A DNA stretch of 63,703 bases, filler included, from Octopus bimaculoides (taxonomy: Eukaryota): NCBI RefSeq assembly GCF_001194135.2. It is 9 parts of 6 records of this genome, joined end to end, with 100 filler letters (N's around TTAATTAATTAA, not from the genome) between each part and the next. Parts side by side here need not be neighbours in the genome. Positions count along the whole stretch, not along the records: positions 42,875 to 53,989 come from NC_068994.1; positions 54,090 to 57,003 come from NC_068991.1; positions 57,104 to 60,852 come from NC_068994.1; positions 60,953 to 62,018 come from NW_026317403.1; positions 62,119 to 63,703 come from NC_068984.1; 4 more parts are not named here. One strand, 5' to 3'. Numbering within the stretch: position 1 is the stretch's first letter; each line of letters opens with the position of its first letter. The notes beneath the pieces are model-generated. The model made no database searches. It was not told where the DNA came from and saw only the letters and a list, made by a program, of their open reading frames with translations. Made by a program: the position numbers and the translations under genes. Of this stretch, positions 52,650 through 63,703 are shown piece after piece.

Positions 52650-52880
52650 TGCATGGCCAAGTGGTTAAGATGCTGCACTGACGATCGCGAGATCGTGGTT
52701 TCAATTCCTGAACCAGGTAGTGCATTGTGTTCTTGAGCAGAACACTTCATTTCATCATGCTCTGCAATCAGTTTGACACCTGACGCGTGGTGCACCGTGC
52801 ACCTGTGCAGACAACATCAATTTGATGGAGGGAGTGAGGTAATGTACAGCGCAAACATTTAATCATTAGAAACAAATCAT
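52650..52880 (+). mobile_element. SINE family D, diverged copy
   Basis: catggccaagtggttaag...gatcgtggtttcaattcctg...tgttcttgagcagaacacttcatttca. Confidence 0.75.
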
Positions 52881-53729
52881 TGGTGCAGTGAGTTCAGCGA
52901 GAAATTGTAGAAGCATATTTCTCGGATTACGAGAGAAGGCCATCAATCAACAGAAATGCTGATATATAATCGACATATAATCCATCTAATATATAATCTA
53001 TATAATTTACATAGAATCCATATAATCTACATATAATCTATAATTTGTGTATTATCTATACAGCGGGTGCCAACAGACTAAGCAACGGTTCTTGGCGAAT
53101 ATTGATTAGAAAAATATGAAGCATGCAGTTGCAGAGCATAAAGAGAACACCTGAAAGAAAACATATATATCGAATCCCCAACGAGTTAACACGGGATCGT
53201 CCAACGACAATGTAAACTTCGTATAATCGAGACAACTTTGGTTTGAAGAGCAGCTTGCGGTCTATCCTTCGTTTGGACAATTTATTACTTCCGATGTTCC
53301 GCTAGTTATGAAACATATGTAATCTGGACTTTATCTACTCCATTCCCTAAATTCTACAATTGAATTAAGCTTGTTGATAGAGCTAATAAAGGAGTTTCCA
53401 CATGGTTATCCCATCTGATTAAAAATATTAAAAATGCCACAAAATTTTCTTCCGTAACACCTTACTGTATTGTAACTGGAAGAAAATATTTAGACAATAT
53501 AGATGTTGATGTGCAAAAAAAAAAAAAAAAAATGGATGGTCAAGGCTGGAATGGCTTTGATCATAGTTCTAGTTAATCAAGCCTTGATTTAGTGAGGGTG
53601 GGTGATGATGGAAAGCCAAACATCAGTAATAACAACAATAGCAACACCTTGTTAATGAACAGTGATTATATGTTCAATAGGAACTAAAGTCACCCCAGAA
53701 AAAAAAGAGGTAAATCATAGCGAACGAAT

Positions 53730-53767
<38 letters not shown>

Positions 53768-53786
53768 TAGTAGCAGCATCAGCAGC

Positions 53787-53819
<33 letters not shown>

Positions 53820-54089
53820 TGCTGCTGTTGTTGTAGTTGCTGCAGAAGGGAGAAAGCGGTAAAAAAAAGGGAAAAGAAGGAAAAAGTAGGAGGCGGAGGA
53901 GAAAGAGAAGAAGAAGAGGAAGAAGAACGTTAAGAAGGATTTTCTGGGGTATTTTTTTTTTCTTTTTTTTTTTTGCAGTTTAAACAACTNNNNNNNNNNN
54001 NNNNNNNNNNNNNNNNNNNNNNNNNNNNNNNNNTTAATTAATTAANNNNNNNNNNNNNNNNNNNNNNNNNNNNNNNNNNNNNNNNNNNN

Positions 54090-54430
54090 TCCCTATCATC
54101 CTGTAGAAATTTTTGGGGTTATTTTTGAACATGTTATTATCTCGGAAGAATCTAACACGCTTTTCATACCTTGCTATACGGGCAGCTTTAGCACATACCT
54201 TTTGCTTGATGGTTTCTATGGTGGTATCAATGTCAACTATGGTTTTCACATTATATTTTTTCTTTAGTTTTTGGGTCTTTGTAGGTTTGATACTCTTGTC
54301 AAATTTAAGGTTTTTCAAACATTCTATGTCAGATCTAAGTATCTTAATTTGGTGTTGAATGCGCTCTTGCCAAGAAGGCTTTTTGTGGGAGTGTTGTCGT
54401 TTTCTAATCTTTTCACCACATAGAACCGTT
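54090..54430 (-). mobile_element. R4/Dong-like LINE, pre-RT fragment
   Basis: KLKKKYNVK...IETIKQKVCAKAARIARYEKRVRFFRDNNMFKNNPKNFY, a typical KQK..A...RI.RY....N..F..N.K.FY segment. It starts right after the TAA array at 54463-54545. Confidence 0.75.
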
Positions 54431-54461
54431 GAGATTTTTGCGATTTTTGCGATTTTTTGCG

Positions 54462-54523
<62 letters not shown>

Positions 54524-54559
54524 CATTATTATTCTGATTATCATTATTTTCTCTTCATC

Positions 54560-55135
54560 CCGGGTTTTGTTGGATCCCCTGAGGTCCTGCATGCGTAGAG
54601 GGCTTACTACCTGCAGCCTACGGTACCATGCTATTTCCTCTTTTCAGCTATCTAATACTTTCCTGATTATTCTGGCCGTGCCAAGGAGGCAAATATTTTG
54701 TAACAGTGCTACTGGGTACTCTATTACAATTTCCTTTATATTCCCCTTGATGCCTTCTGATACTGTTTTCAAAATCCAACAATAACTGGCACTATCTTCA
54801 CAGCCGGAATATTTCGTACTTAAGAGGGTTGTATCCATCTACCTGTTCGCCTTCCTTCTTGTTTATTCGTCGGTCAAAATGGCCATGCAAAATCAACTAT
54901 ATAGCATATGTGGTGCACCTTGTCCACCATCACTAGGTCTGGTCTGTTATGCTCTAGCACCTGATCTGTTTGGATTGGGAAATTTTGCTACTCTCTGACT
55001 CCGTCACTCTCTGCGGTTTGTGCTCATACCACGTCTTGCCTCTCTATAACCCCCACTTTTCGAACAGTTTCCAAAGGAGAGCCTTCGCTACATGGTCATG
55101 ACGCCACACCCAGTGGTGCTTTTGGGCAAGATTAG
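54560..55135 (-). mobile_element. R4/Dong-like LINE 3' end (RLE domain, 3' UTR) ending in the (TAA)n array
   Basis: FPIQTDQVLEHNRPDLVMVDKVHHICYIVDFA...LLQNICLLGTARIIRKVLDS*: PD..D RLE motif; (TAA)n tail at 54463-54545. Confidence 0.85.
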
Positions 55136-55144
55136 AGCATTCGT

Positions 55145-55840
55145 TCGTGATATGGGCAATGGTTTCATCTACCCTGTTGCAGATGCGGCATAGAGAATGC
55201 GCAGGTATGAAATTTGCTCATCGCTCCTCCGTAAACAGGCCGATCTATTTCTCGACCGTATGGTAACTTGCGATGAAAAGTGGATTCTGTACAGTAATAA
55301 AAATCGTTCTTCGCAGTGGTTGGACCAAAATAAAGCACCAAAAATCTTCTATAAACCCGAGCTCTTAAAAAAGAAGGCTATGATGACTGTTTGGTGGTGT
55401 ACTGCTGGACTCATTCAGTATAACTTCTTAAAACCCAGAAAACCATTACTGCAGAAACATTGCCATGAAATTGCCAAAATGAACGAAAAACTGCTACTCC
55501 TCCGTCCCAGACTGGTCAACATAAGAGGGCCAATCATTCTTCAAGACAATGCTCGATCACACGTTTCACTAATGACGCTCCAGACGTTGAAGGAACTTGA
55601 CTTCGAAATTCTTCCCCACCCAGCTTATTCACTAGACATTTCTCCTATCGACTACCACTTTTCAGGTACCTTGATCGTTTTCTGCGAGAGAAGGAGTTAA
55701 AAAAACCGACGCTGAAAGTGCGTTCAAAGAGTTCATCAGCTCAAGAAATCCAGATTTTCATGTTACCGGAATAAACAAACTTGTAACTCATTGGAAAAAA
55801 TGTGTTGATTGTAATGGTACTTACTTTGATGAATAAAATT
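55145..55840 (+). mobile_element. Mariner transposase pseudogene (DD34D catalytic domain, frameshifted)
   Basis: FLDRMVTCDEKWILY...MTVWW...IILQDNARSH...EILPHPAYSLDISPIDYHF, then after a frameshift AFKEFISSRNPDF...GINKLVTHWKKCVDCNGTYFDE*. Confidence 0.93.
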
Positions 55841-55904
55841 TCCGCATTGTTGAAATATATTGTGATGAATTTCATGTTTCAAAACGTAGCTTTCATTTTA
55901 CTCA

Positions 55905-56034
55905 GACTTTGTGGTAAGACGTTTGCGGATTCAGTCTCACTGCGGTACCTTGGGCAAGTGTCTTCAACCATAGCCTTGGGCTGATCGAACGCTTGTGAGG
56001 GGATTTGGTGCCCGGAAACTGAAAGAAGCCTCTC

Positions 56035-56102
<68 letters not shown>

Positions 56103-56285
56103 GCGTGTATGTATGTGTGTATGTATTTTCCACCACCACCATTTGAAGTCGGTGGTGTTGGTGAGTTTATGTGCCCATAAATTAGTGGTTCTGCTGAAAG
56201 TGACTGATATCAATAAGTACCATATTTAAAGAATTGAAGACGTAGCCCCAGCACAGCTGCAGTCTAATGACTGCAACAAATAAAG
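55905..56285 (+). mobile_element. SINE family A with an internal (TA)n
   Basis: ccttgggcaagtgtcttc...ggaaactgaaagaagcc-(TA)n...ccccagcacagctgcagtctaatgact. Confidence 0.8.
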
Positions 56286-56300
56286 AAAATAGCTATATGC

Positions 56301-56337
<37 letters not shown>

Positions 56338-56754
56338 TGCATGCATGACAAAAGGATACTAGGCTTCGTACAGTAGAAGCTTTGCCGATACGACACCAGT
56401 GACGCAAAAACAACCAGCTCCCAAACCAACAACAGGATCCCGCCAACACCACCACAGCACAGTCATAGCTTTATGATTGTTTCAAATTTTGGCACGAGAC
56501 CAGCAGTTTTAGTGGGAGGGAGGGAGTGAGTTGATTAAATCAAACTCAATACTTGAATGATGCTTTATTCTATCGACCCTGGTGGGTTAATTGTCAAAGT
56601 TGGTCTCGATGGAATTTGATCTCAGCATATATAACACCAGAAGAAATATTACACTCCAATGAATCTGCCAAATATCAATTACAACAATCACTACTGCTCT
56701 AGAAAAACAACAATAACAACGGCTTATTTCATATCTTAACAATAATAATATTGG

Positions 56755-56975
56755 TTTCAAATTTTGGCACAAGGTTAGGAATTTCGGGGAAGTAGGAAAG
56801 TCGATTACATCGACCCCAGTGCTAGATTGCTACTAATTTTATCGACCCCCAAACGACCCCGAAAAGGATGAGATTCAAAGTCGACCTAGGTGGAATTTGA
56901 ACTCAGAACATGAAGACGGACGAAATGCCGCTAAGCATTTTTTCCCAGCGTGATAAAGATTCTGACAGCTCACCG
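56755..56975 (-). mobile_element. SINE family C
   Basis: gtcgattacatcgaccccagt...aaagtcgacct...gaatttgaactcagaac...ccgctaagcatt. Confidence 0.8.
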
Positions 56976-57103
56976 CGTTCCTTTATAATAACAATAATGA
57001 TATNNNNNNNNNNNNNNNNNNNNNNNNNNNNNNNNNNNNNNNNNNNNTTAATTAATTAANNNNNNNNNNNNNNNNNNNNNNNNNNNNNNNNNNNNNNNNN
57101 NNN

Positions 57104-57447
57104 GTAACAACTTGAATATGACTTGGATAATTATCATTGTAGCAGCAGCTGTAATACTATCTGTGGCTATTGTAGTGTCCATAACACTGTGTGTTTTCAG
57201 ATGTATTAATCACACAAATGAGTCACCTACAACAGCAGATAATCCAAACTTTCTCTCTCAGACTGAGATGAGACAATTACTGTATCAGACTAACAATCCT
57301 GTTGCAATAACGAGAAATGCAGAAGAGATATTTAACCGAAATCTTCAGACAATAAAATCTAAAAGTCAGTTTTTTCTGGAGATGGAACAGACACCAGATG
57401 AGTGGAAATTCTCAACAACTCAAAGAAGACTCCCACCTGTGCCTCAG
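57104..57447 (+). CDS. Exon of an unrecognised single-pass membrane protein (TM helix + cytoplasmic tail)
   Basis: Stop-free, non-repetitive frame NNLNMTWIIIIVAAAVILSVAIVVSITLCVFRCINH...TQRRLPPVPQ ending at CAG|gtaaat, with a 25-aa hydrophobic stretch. The 5' boundary is hidden by a gap. Confidence 0.7.
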
Positions 57448-57707
57448 GTAAATATTACTTTACAACTCTGATATCCTTCTGATTTTGAATACAAAAGTAT
57501 TTAATCAATTATTGATGTGCATTCAAATATTTCTTTCAAATTATCTACTTCAGATTCTCATGTGTATGAAATTTTTTGTTCCTTTAGTTAAAATTTATGG
57601 TTTGTCTGTGACATTCTGAATTAATTGTTCTTTATTGTCTTAGTGATAGCAAAGCAGTTACAACAGTCTTTATAGAAATACAGGATTCCTTTTTCTATAA
57701 TCAACAG

Positions 57708-57775
57708 AGATGTGATTCGATCCACAGTCAAGAACGTCGCACCAGTTCCATCATGTCTAACTACAACAGTGACTC
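57708..57775 (+). CDS. Probable next exon of the membrane protein: RCDSIHSQERRTSSIMSNYNSD (runs into a gap)
   Basis: Acceptor ctttttctataatcaacag; phase 0 matches the donor at 57448; 260-nt intron; frame open to the gap. Confidence 0.45.
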
Positions 57776-58689
57776 NNNNNNNNNNNNNNNNNNNNNNNNN
57801 NNNNNNNNNNNNNNNNNNNNNNNNNNNNNNNNNNNNNNNNNNNNNNNNNNNNNNNNNNNNNNNNNNNNNNNNNNNTTAATACCTTTAGTGAATTTCATAG
57901 ACTGAAACTTTCCGAGTCTTGCATGCCTGCTGGTCTATCTATATAATCTATCTATCTATCTACATACATACACAGAAATATGCCTGAATGTGATGTTTTA
58001 CATCTTCACGTGATTATTAGGATAGGGTGTGTTCCATTTTCAAAGCCTTGAAGAATAAAATAGCCCCTTCACTGAAAAACAGTGAAGGGTTGGCAACAGG
58101 AAGACTACCCAAATGTACAATCATGACTTAAATATGTTTCCATCCAGTGCCTGTTAATATGGAAAAACTAATGTTAATGAACAAACCATTGTGTAAAAGT
58201 TACTTATATCTCTAAATACAATCTATTAGCATTAGGCTCAACTGAGCAATGAGAAATCACCTTTTCTGATCTAACAATCTACATTACAGTTTGTAGCTGG
58301 AGTTGCCTCCCTGGAATAAACCAACACTTTCGACTTGAGTATTCAAATATAAAGACTATCGTGTGTCACAGAGTCAACCCAATGTTTCATCCTAGTTTAT
58401 GTGCCTGGCTGATGTCGATAATTGTTCAACAAAACACTTGTGATTGTTAAGGTGACACTGAAATATACTCAGCCTCAAGGCAACCTTGGTCCAGCAGACA
58501 TATGAACGAAGACATTCCAGCCATGATCACTCCAGATTTCTTCAAACAGCTTGCATTTACTTTATCTAATGATCCCTTTTAAAACAGTAGAATGTAATGT
58601 GAAGAAAATTCAGCTGCTATTTCCAGAACATCAAGTAAAGGAAGGCTTGTTTGGGTGTAAAGACCAGCGTTTAATCAATAAAATAATTC

Positions 58690-59240
58690 TGAAGGAATGC
58701 TACAAATAACACAAACATCTTTTCATTGCATGGATTGATTATAAAAAAGCATTTAGTAGCCTTCCCCATAAGAAATGCTTGGAAATTTATATAATCTCTT
58801 CATTTATTGCTGATTTTCTATCAAATAATATGAAGTTCTAGAAGACAAATCAAATACCGAATTTGGAGACAAGTTCTGTGAAAGATGGTGACATTGATAT
58901 AAAGTGATTCTCTAACATCACTTCTCTGAAGCATGGCTCTCCTTCTCCTAAATAAGTTGTTGAATGACACAAGACATGGGTACTGAATATATGACAGATC
59001 AATCAATAGCCCACTTTACATGGATGATCTTGAGTTTTTCACAAAATCTGATTAATAACTGGAATGACTTTTATTGTTAAATTAGTGACAATATTAAAAT
59101 GGAGTTTCACCTTGAGAAATGTGCTAAAGCCATATGCATTAAAGAAAAGCTCTTGAAAACACAACTTTTAGCTAGACAAGTGTACCATAATCAAAGAATA
59201 AGATCCTAAAGAAAACTACAAATATTTAGGTGTGGGTGAG
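58690..59240 (+). mobile_element. Decayed reverse transcriptase of an R4/Dong-like LINE
   Basis: FIAWIDYKKAFSSLPH...PLYMDDLEFF...DNIKMEFHLEKCAKA: D..KAF and YMDD motifs with multiple stops and frameshifts. Confidence 0.85.
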
Positions 59241-61099
59241 GAGGGATAGCATCTGGCATCTACAAATTCTGGAGGGAAAATGGAAACATTATCATTTGCA
59301 GAGTAAATAGGTGGATCAAAAGGTGTTGAGAATTTGACACAGAATATTTTGTAGCATTATTAATCCAATATTTTCAAGAAATACTTTACATTAAACCTGA
59401 ATTCAAATAATTTATTGAAAAACATTTCATTGAAACTGGACAGAGAGGCATAACACCAACAAAATAGTTTATAAAATTCTATTAGTTCACAAAATATTTT
59501 AATGATAAAAAGATAGGGATTATAAAATATTTCAGTGAAGGTTATGAATTAAAAAAAATATCTACGAGATATTTAGATCAATTTATCCAGTGAAATGTAA
59601 TAAAAATTATTTAATCACTATTTATATACAATACTTAGGTTTTATGTCATATTGTTACATATAATATATTTGTTATGTTGTTTTTTCTTAACAAAATAAC
59701 AACTACAATAATGTGAAGCGTGTTAGTTTGTAGAAAGATGATAGTATTTCTGATCAATTCTCAACAAATCTACAACATTCATCTCTCGTTGGCAGAGTTA
59801 ATATATTTTAACAACACATAACAATATCATCAGTTTATATCTCACACTAAATATCTTAAATAACAAAACTACACTAAATTTAATTTATCAGCAACTTAAT
59901 AATAATAATGATGATGATGATGAAATATACTTAGTTTATTATACACAAAGATATATACAATGGATACTTAATAAGGTATATAGACATAGGGATATTAATG
60001 ATCTGATANNNNNNNNNNNNNNNNNNNNNNNNNNNNNNNNNNNNNNNNNNNNNNNNNNNNNNNNNNNNNNNNNNNNNNNNNNNNNNNNNNNNNNNNNNNN
60101 NNNNNNNNNNNNNNNNNNNNNNNNNNNNNNNNNNNNNNNNNNNNNNNNNNNNNNNNNNNNNNNNNNNNNNNNNNNNNNNNNNNNNNNNNNNNNNNNNNNN
60201 NNNNNNNNNNNNNNNNNNNNNATATTACACTTATGTTGCATACATAATATATAATAACAAAACATATAGTTTAATATCTCTTGTAAAATGTGTGATTTTG
60301 ACATAAAAATAATTAGTCCATCAAGAAGTAATTATTTAACAATGACTACTGCAGTTTTTGTTGCTATTAATGGTGGAAATGATGGCTAGATCTCTCTATC
60401 CTCCACTGTCCCAGTCCCCGAATATATATACAACATGACAGACATTTTAGATATTATCCTAACCCTGTCTTTCATTAGAAACACATATTAAACAAATGTT
60501 ATAATAAATATGAAAATATAATAACGAGAGAAAGAGAGACTGACCTGCATTGTTTAATCCTTCACTGTAGTTGTGTGTGATGGATGATGTGTATCCTGCT
60601 GTAGTGTTCCACTCTAACTGCTGCTGCTGCTGTAGTGGTATTATAGTGGTACTGCTGCTGTTGTAGTAGTGTCCCTGTGTTACTGCTGCTGCTGCTGTTG
60701 TAGTGGTGGTGGTAGTGTTCCTGTGTAACTGCTGATATAATAGTGTGACAGTTGCTGTATGTAGTGGGAGGTGAGATGTTAGCCAGATGCTGGTGTGTGC
60801 TAGTTACAACTCTATGTCCTCCACACACACACACACAATTGTGTGTATGATGNNNNNNNNNNNNNNNNNNNNNNNNNNNNNNNNNNNNNNNNNNNNTTAA
60901 TTAATTAANNNNNNNNNNNNNNNNNNNNNNNNNNNNNNNNNNNNNNNNNNNNTAATAATAATAATAATAAATAATGAATGGTCTACCAATGTATACAGTG
61001 AGTTACCTTGCCCTAGGTGTTGGTAAGACATTCGGCAAAAAATTGGGAAGACATTCGGAAAAAAATTGAAAGAAGATGATAATAATAATAATAATAATG

Positions 61100-61159
<60 letters not shown>

Positions 61160-61196
61160 GCAAAAAAAGAAAAGTGCCATTGTCATCAAGTGAACG

Positions 61197-61272
<76 letters not shown>

Positions 61273-61274
61273 GT

Positions 61275-61435
61275 GTCCCACCACTTGACAACCGGTATTG
61301 GTGGGTTTTCGTCCCCCGTAACCTAGCGGTTTGGCAAAAGTTTTCATAAAATAAGCACCAGGCGTAGAAAAGAAAAAGTATTGAGATCGATTCGTTCGAA
61401 AACCATTTTCTACGACGGTGCCATAATTTTGGCGA
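61275..61435 (+). mobile_element. SINE family A, 3' fragment
   Basis: cacttgacaaccggtattggtg...cgtccccgtaacctagcggtttggcaaaag...gatcgattcg. Confidence 0.75.
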
Positions 61436-61626
61436 AGGAGAATTGTCGACCACATCGCCCAGAGATCTGGTTCTTTATCTGCCATAAAGTGATATTTATG
61501 TTTGTCTCTGCAATTCTGGTTCCTATCATCAGCCAACAGCGTTGGCCATTTGAGCCAATGAACCGAGCATAAATGCCAGATTAACCGAATGAGTGGTTCT
61601 AACGAGGAAGGTTTTTTTAACTACCG

Positions 61627-61627
<1 letters not shown>

Positions 61628-61704
<77 letters not shown>

Positions 61705-61755
61705 GTCTGTGTTTCTGTTTCTCTGTCTATGCATGTATATATGCATGTATATATG

Positions 61756-61802
<47 letters not shown>
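61628..61802. repeat. (TCTA)n tetranucleotide arrays
   Basis: Direct reading of the sequence. Confidence 0.95.
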
Positions 61803-61803
<1 letters not shown>

Positions 61804-61972
61804 CAACCATATATACTTACATACGCACGCACACATGTACAGACAGACAGACAGACAAACAGATAAATAGATAGATAGGGAAACAGATAGATAGATAGAT
61901 AGATTGATAGATAGAAAGACACGGAGAGAGAGACAGAGAATTAGAGATAGATAGATAAATACATAGATAGTT

Positions 61973-62018
<46 letters not shown>

Positions 62019-62284
62019 NNNNNNNNNNNNNNNNNNNNNNNNNNNNNNNNNNNNNNNNNNNNTTAATTAATTAANNNNNNNNNNNNNNNNNNNNNNNNNN
62101 NNNNNNNNNNNNNNNNNNAAATATGGGCTCAAATTATCAGCATAAGGGGAATAATCCAGGATGGTGTCAATTTTTATGCTGCGAATACGAAAAATATGGG
62201 AACTATTCGTGGTTACCAAGCTGTATACATTTACATTAGTGATCAAAATTTGAAAAGGTTGTTAAAATAATGTAATTAACTTAC

Positions 62285-63015
62285 CAGCCTATGTACCAGG
62301 GATTCGAAGAATCAGTTAAATTAACTCGGGCTGGATCCATTTGAAACACCTCACCTAAATTCTTAAATTTGGTTTGATAGGGGAAAAACTGACAGTTCCG
62401 TTCCGAACTAGACAAAGCCGGACTGTCTTCGCCATAAATTCCCTTAAAAAACTCAAATGAAAATACATCCAGAGCCGTCCAGTTCTTCATGCCATCGGTA
62501 ATAATAACAGGCCGACCTGAATAAGCATACTGTTTTTCGAAATCGGCAACTGATATCCCGGAAACACGATCGACATGTGTTACATTCCTGCAAAATTTAC
62601 AATCTGCTGGGGGTCTGAATAGCAACGCTATACTCTCGTGGACATCTATTAGACATCGCTCATTGTAAAGATTGTAATCATTGAAACTAAACCACCAGCT
62701 CGTCACTTGCTCACCACTCACGGGCACGTTGAGAAAGAACACGCAGAAAATGCTAGCGAGCAAAAGCAGAATTGCGTACATAAAATATCTAGTAGTTCTA
62801 GACCAAACTAAACCACCGTTAGCAATCCTTTCTTCTTCTTCTTCAATCTGTTTCTTTGTCTTCGGTCTAATATCCGTAATACATGACAATGTAGATAAAT
62901 GGTGTCCGTCTATACCCAGCTGTGTCGCTCGCTCGTACAGACGTTGGAACAACACCCGAGGTGTCTCTCCGTTCGACGATATGGTTTTATCTGTTGACAT
63001 TTGCGACGATTCCAT
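62285..63015 (-). CDS. First coding exon (731 nt) of a membrane-anchored JmjC/cupin-like protein
   Basis: ATG at 63015, 243 codons, then TG|gtaagt. TM segment YFMYAILLLLASIFCVFFL. The motifs RPPADCKFC, FEKQYAYSGRPVIITDGMKNWTA, CQFFPY and PWYIGW resemble the pre-JmjC (Cupin_8-like) region of an invertebrate family. Downstream exons are not visible. Confidence 0.85.
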
Positions 63016-63187
63016 ATCCGAGAAGGAAAAAAAAACCTCTAACCGCTTCCGACTACATATAATAAGTGATCAGGGTCGAAATGCGGCCTGTTAGGCCGCC
63101 TCTCTAAGTTGGTAATTTCTTAATTGCTCCGCCTCAAAGCTAGAAACTCTACAAACACGTTTCCGATCTTACTCCGCCTTGTTTACT

Positions 63188-63196
63188 TCACATGAC
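63188..63196 (-). promoter_or_regulatory. Possible M-box/CLEAR-like E-box (GTCATGTGA) ~175 bp upstream of the cupin-like ATG
   Basis: Single motif match in the GC-richer upstream region; could be chance. Confidence 0.2.
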
Positions 63197-63668
63197 GACA
63201 GTTTTACACTCTCCTCGTGAAGGTGACAACACCCAACATCATTTCTTCCTTTTTAGTTCGTACAACAGCTGTTGCTGATGATATAGTTTTGTTGTTATTT
63301 GTTACTATTACTGTTACCGCTGTTGTTGTTAAACCCCAGGTCAGCTCTGATTGAATATACTTAAAATCAAAAACAGTCTCGCCGTCATCACTCTGTCTTT
63401 TTTAAGTATGTGGAGCGAAAAATATTTGGCTGTTATTTCTCGCGATCACGTAGAGGCTTTAGCTGGTATTGTTATTGTTGATAGTTTTGTTATTGCTCGG
63501 TCAAACTTGCTATTGTAGTTGTACCACTTCGACATAAGCGATTGAAATCGAACGTAAACCATTGACGCGAAAAAATTTATAGTTACAAGTAGTTGGAATA
63601 AAAAGAAATATAAGAGAAATGATAAGTGCCTGAAAATAGCAGATATTATGCCTTTTAATTTTTGTATG

Positions 63669-63703
<35 letters not shown>

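Noticed and set aside
747-61874. Most ORF-track entries (poly-X, YIYI, HTHT, CVCV, LSIY, poly-N/I/L/Y)
   Set aside because: They are translations of N gaps and microsatellites, with no coding-like composition or splice context.
25299-62073. TTAATTAATTAA 12-mer centred in ~100-nt N gaps, eight times (25299, 36155, 39204, 42819, 54034, 57048, 60897, 62062)
   Set aside because: It is always embedded in Ns at a near-fixed gap length and has stops in all six frames. This is a scaffolding linker, not a biological repeat.
35565-62285. Splicing of the cupin-like exon into the decarboxylase exons (fusion gene)
   Set aside because: The cupin exon ends in phase 2 and decarboxylase exon A starts in phase 0. 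It would also require skipping half of the PLP fold.
62681-63094. 137-aa plus-strand ORF
   Set aside because: It is the antisense shadow of the cupin-like coding exon.

Overview
AT-rich, microsatellite-dense eukaryotic scaffold with roughly 9-10 kb (~15%) of N gaps. The SINE families and repeat landscape look like an octopus genome (inference from recalled repeats). Three spliced protein-coding genes are partly visible. (1) Minus strand, 27718-35565: five in-frame GT-AG exons (67/95/68/91/99 nt, 140 aa) of an aromatic-L-amino-acid decarboxylase (DDC/AADC) family enzyme. It keeps the PLP Asp, the Schiff-base Lys and the catalytic-loop Tyr, but loop 3 and the substrate-pocket motif are strongly remodelled ([29 protein letters not shown]); its 5' and 3' exons are not in called sequence. 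(2) Plus strand, ~57104-57775: an unrecognised single-pass membrane protein with an RxLPPxP motif, possibly starting at a 7-nt ATG exon at 52051. (3) Minus strand, 62285-63015: first coding exon of a membrane-anchored JmjC/cupin-like protein. The rest is transposon debris: mariner relics and MITEs, an hAT MITE with an 8-bp TSD, RTE, CR1/L2 and R4/Dong-type LINE fragments, four tRNA-derived SINE families, and Penelope-type termini with minimal hammerhead-ribozyme motifs, including an inverted pair with a U3-A8 core. Almost all ORF-track entries are microsatellite or N-gap artefacts. No CRISPR, rRNA or true tRNA genes are supported.
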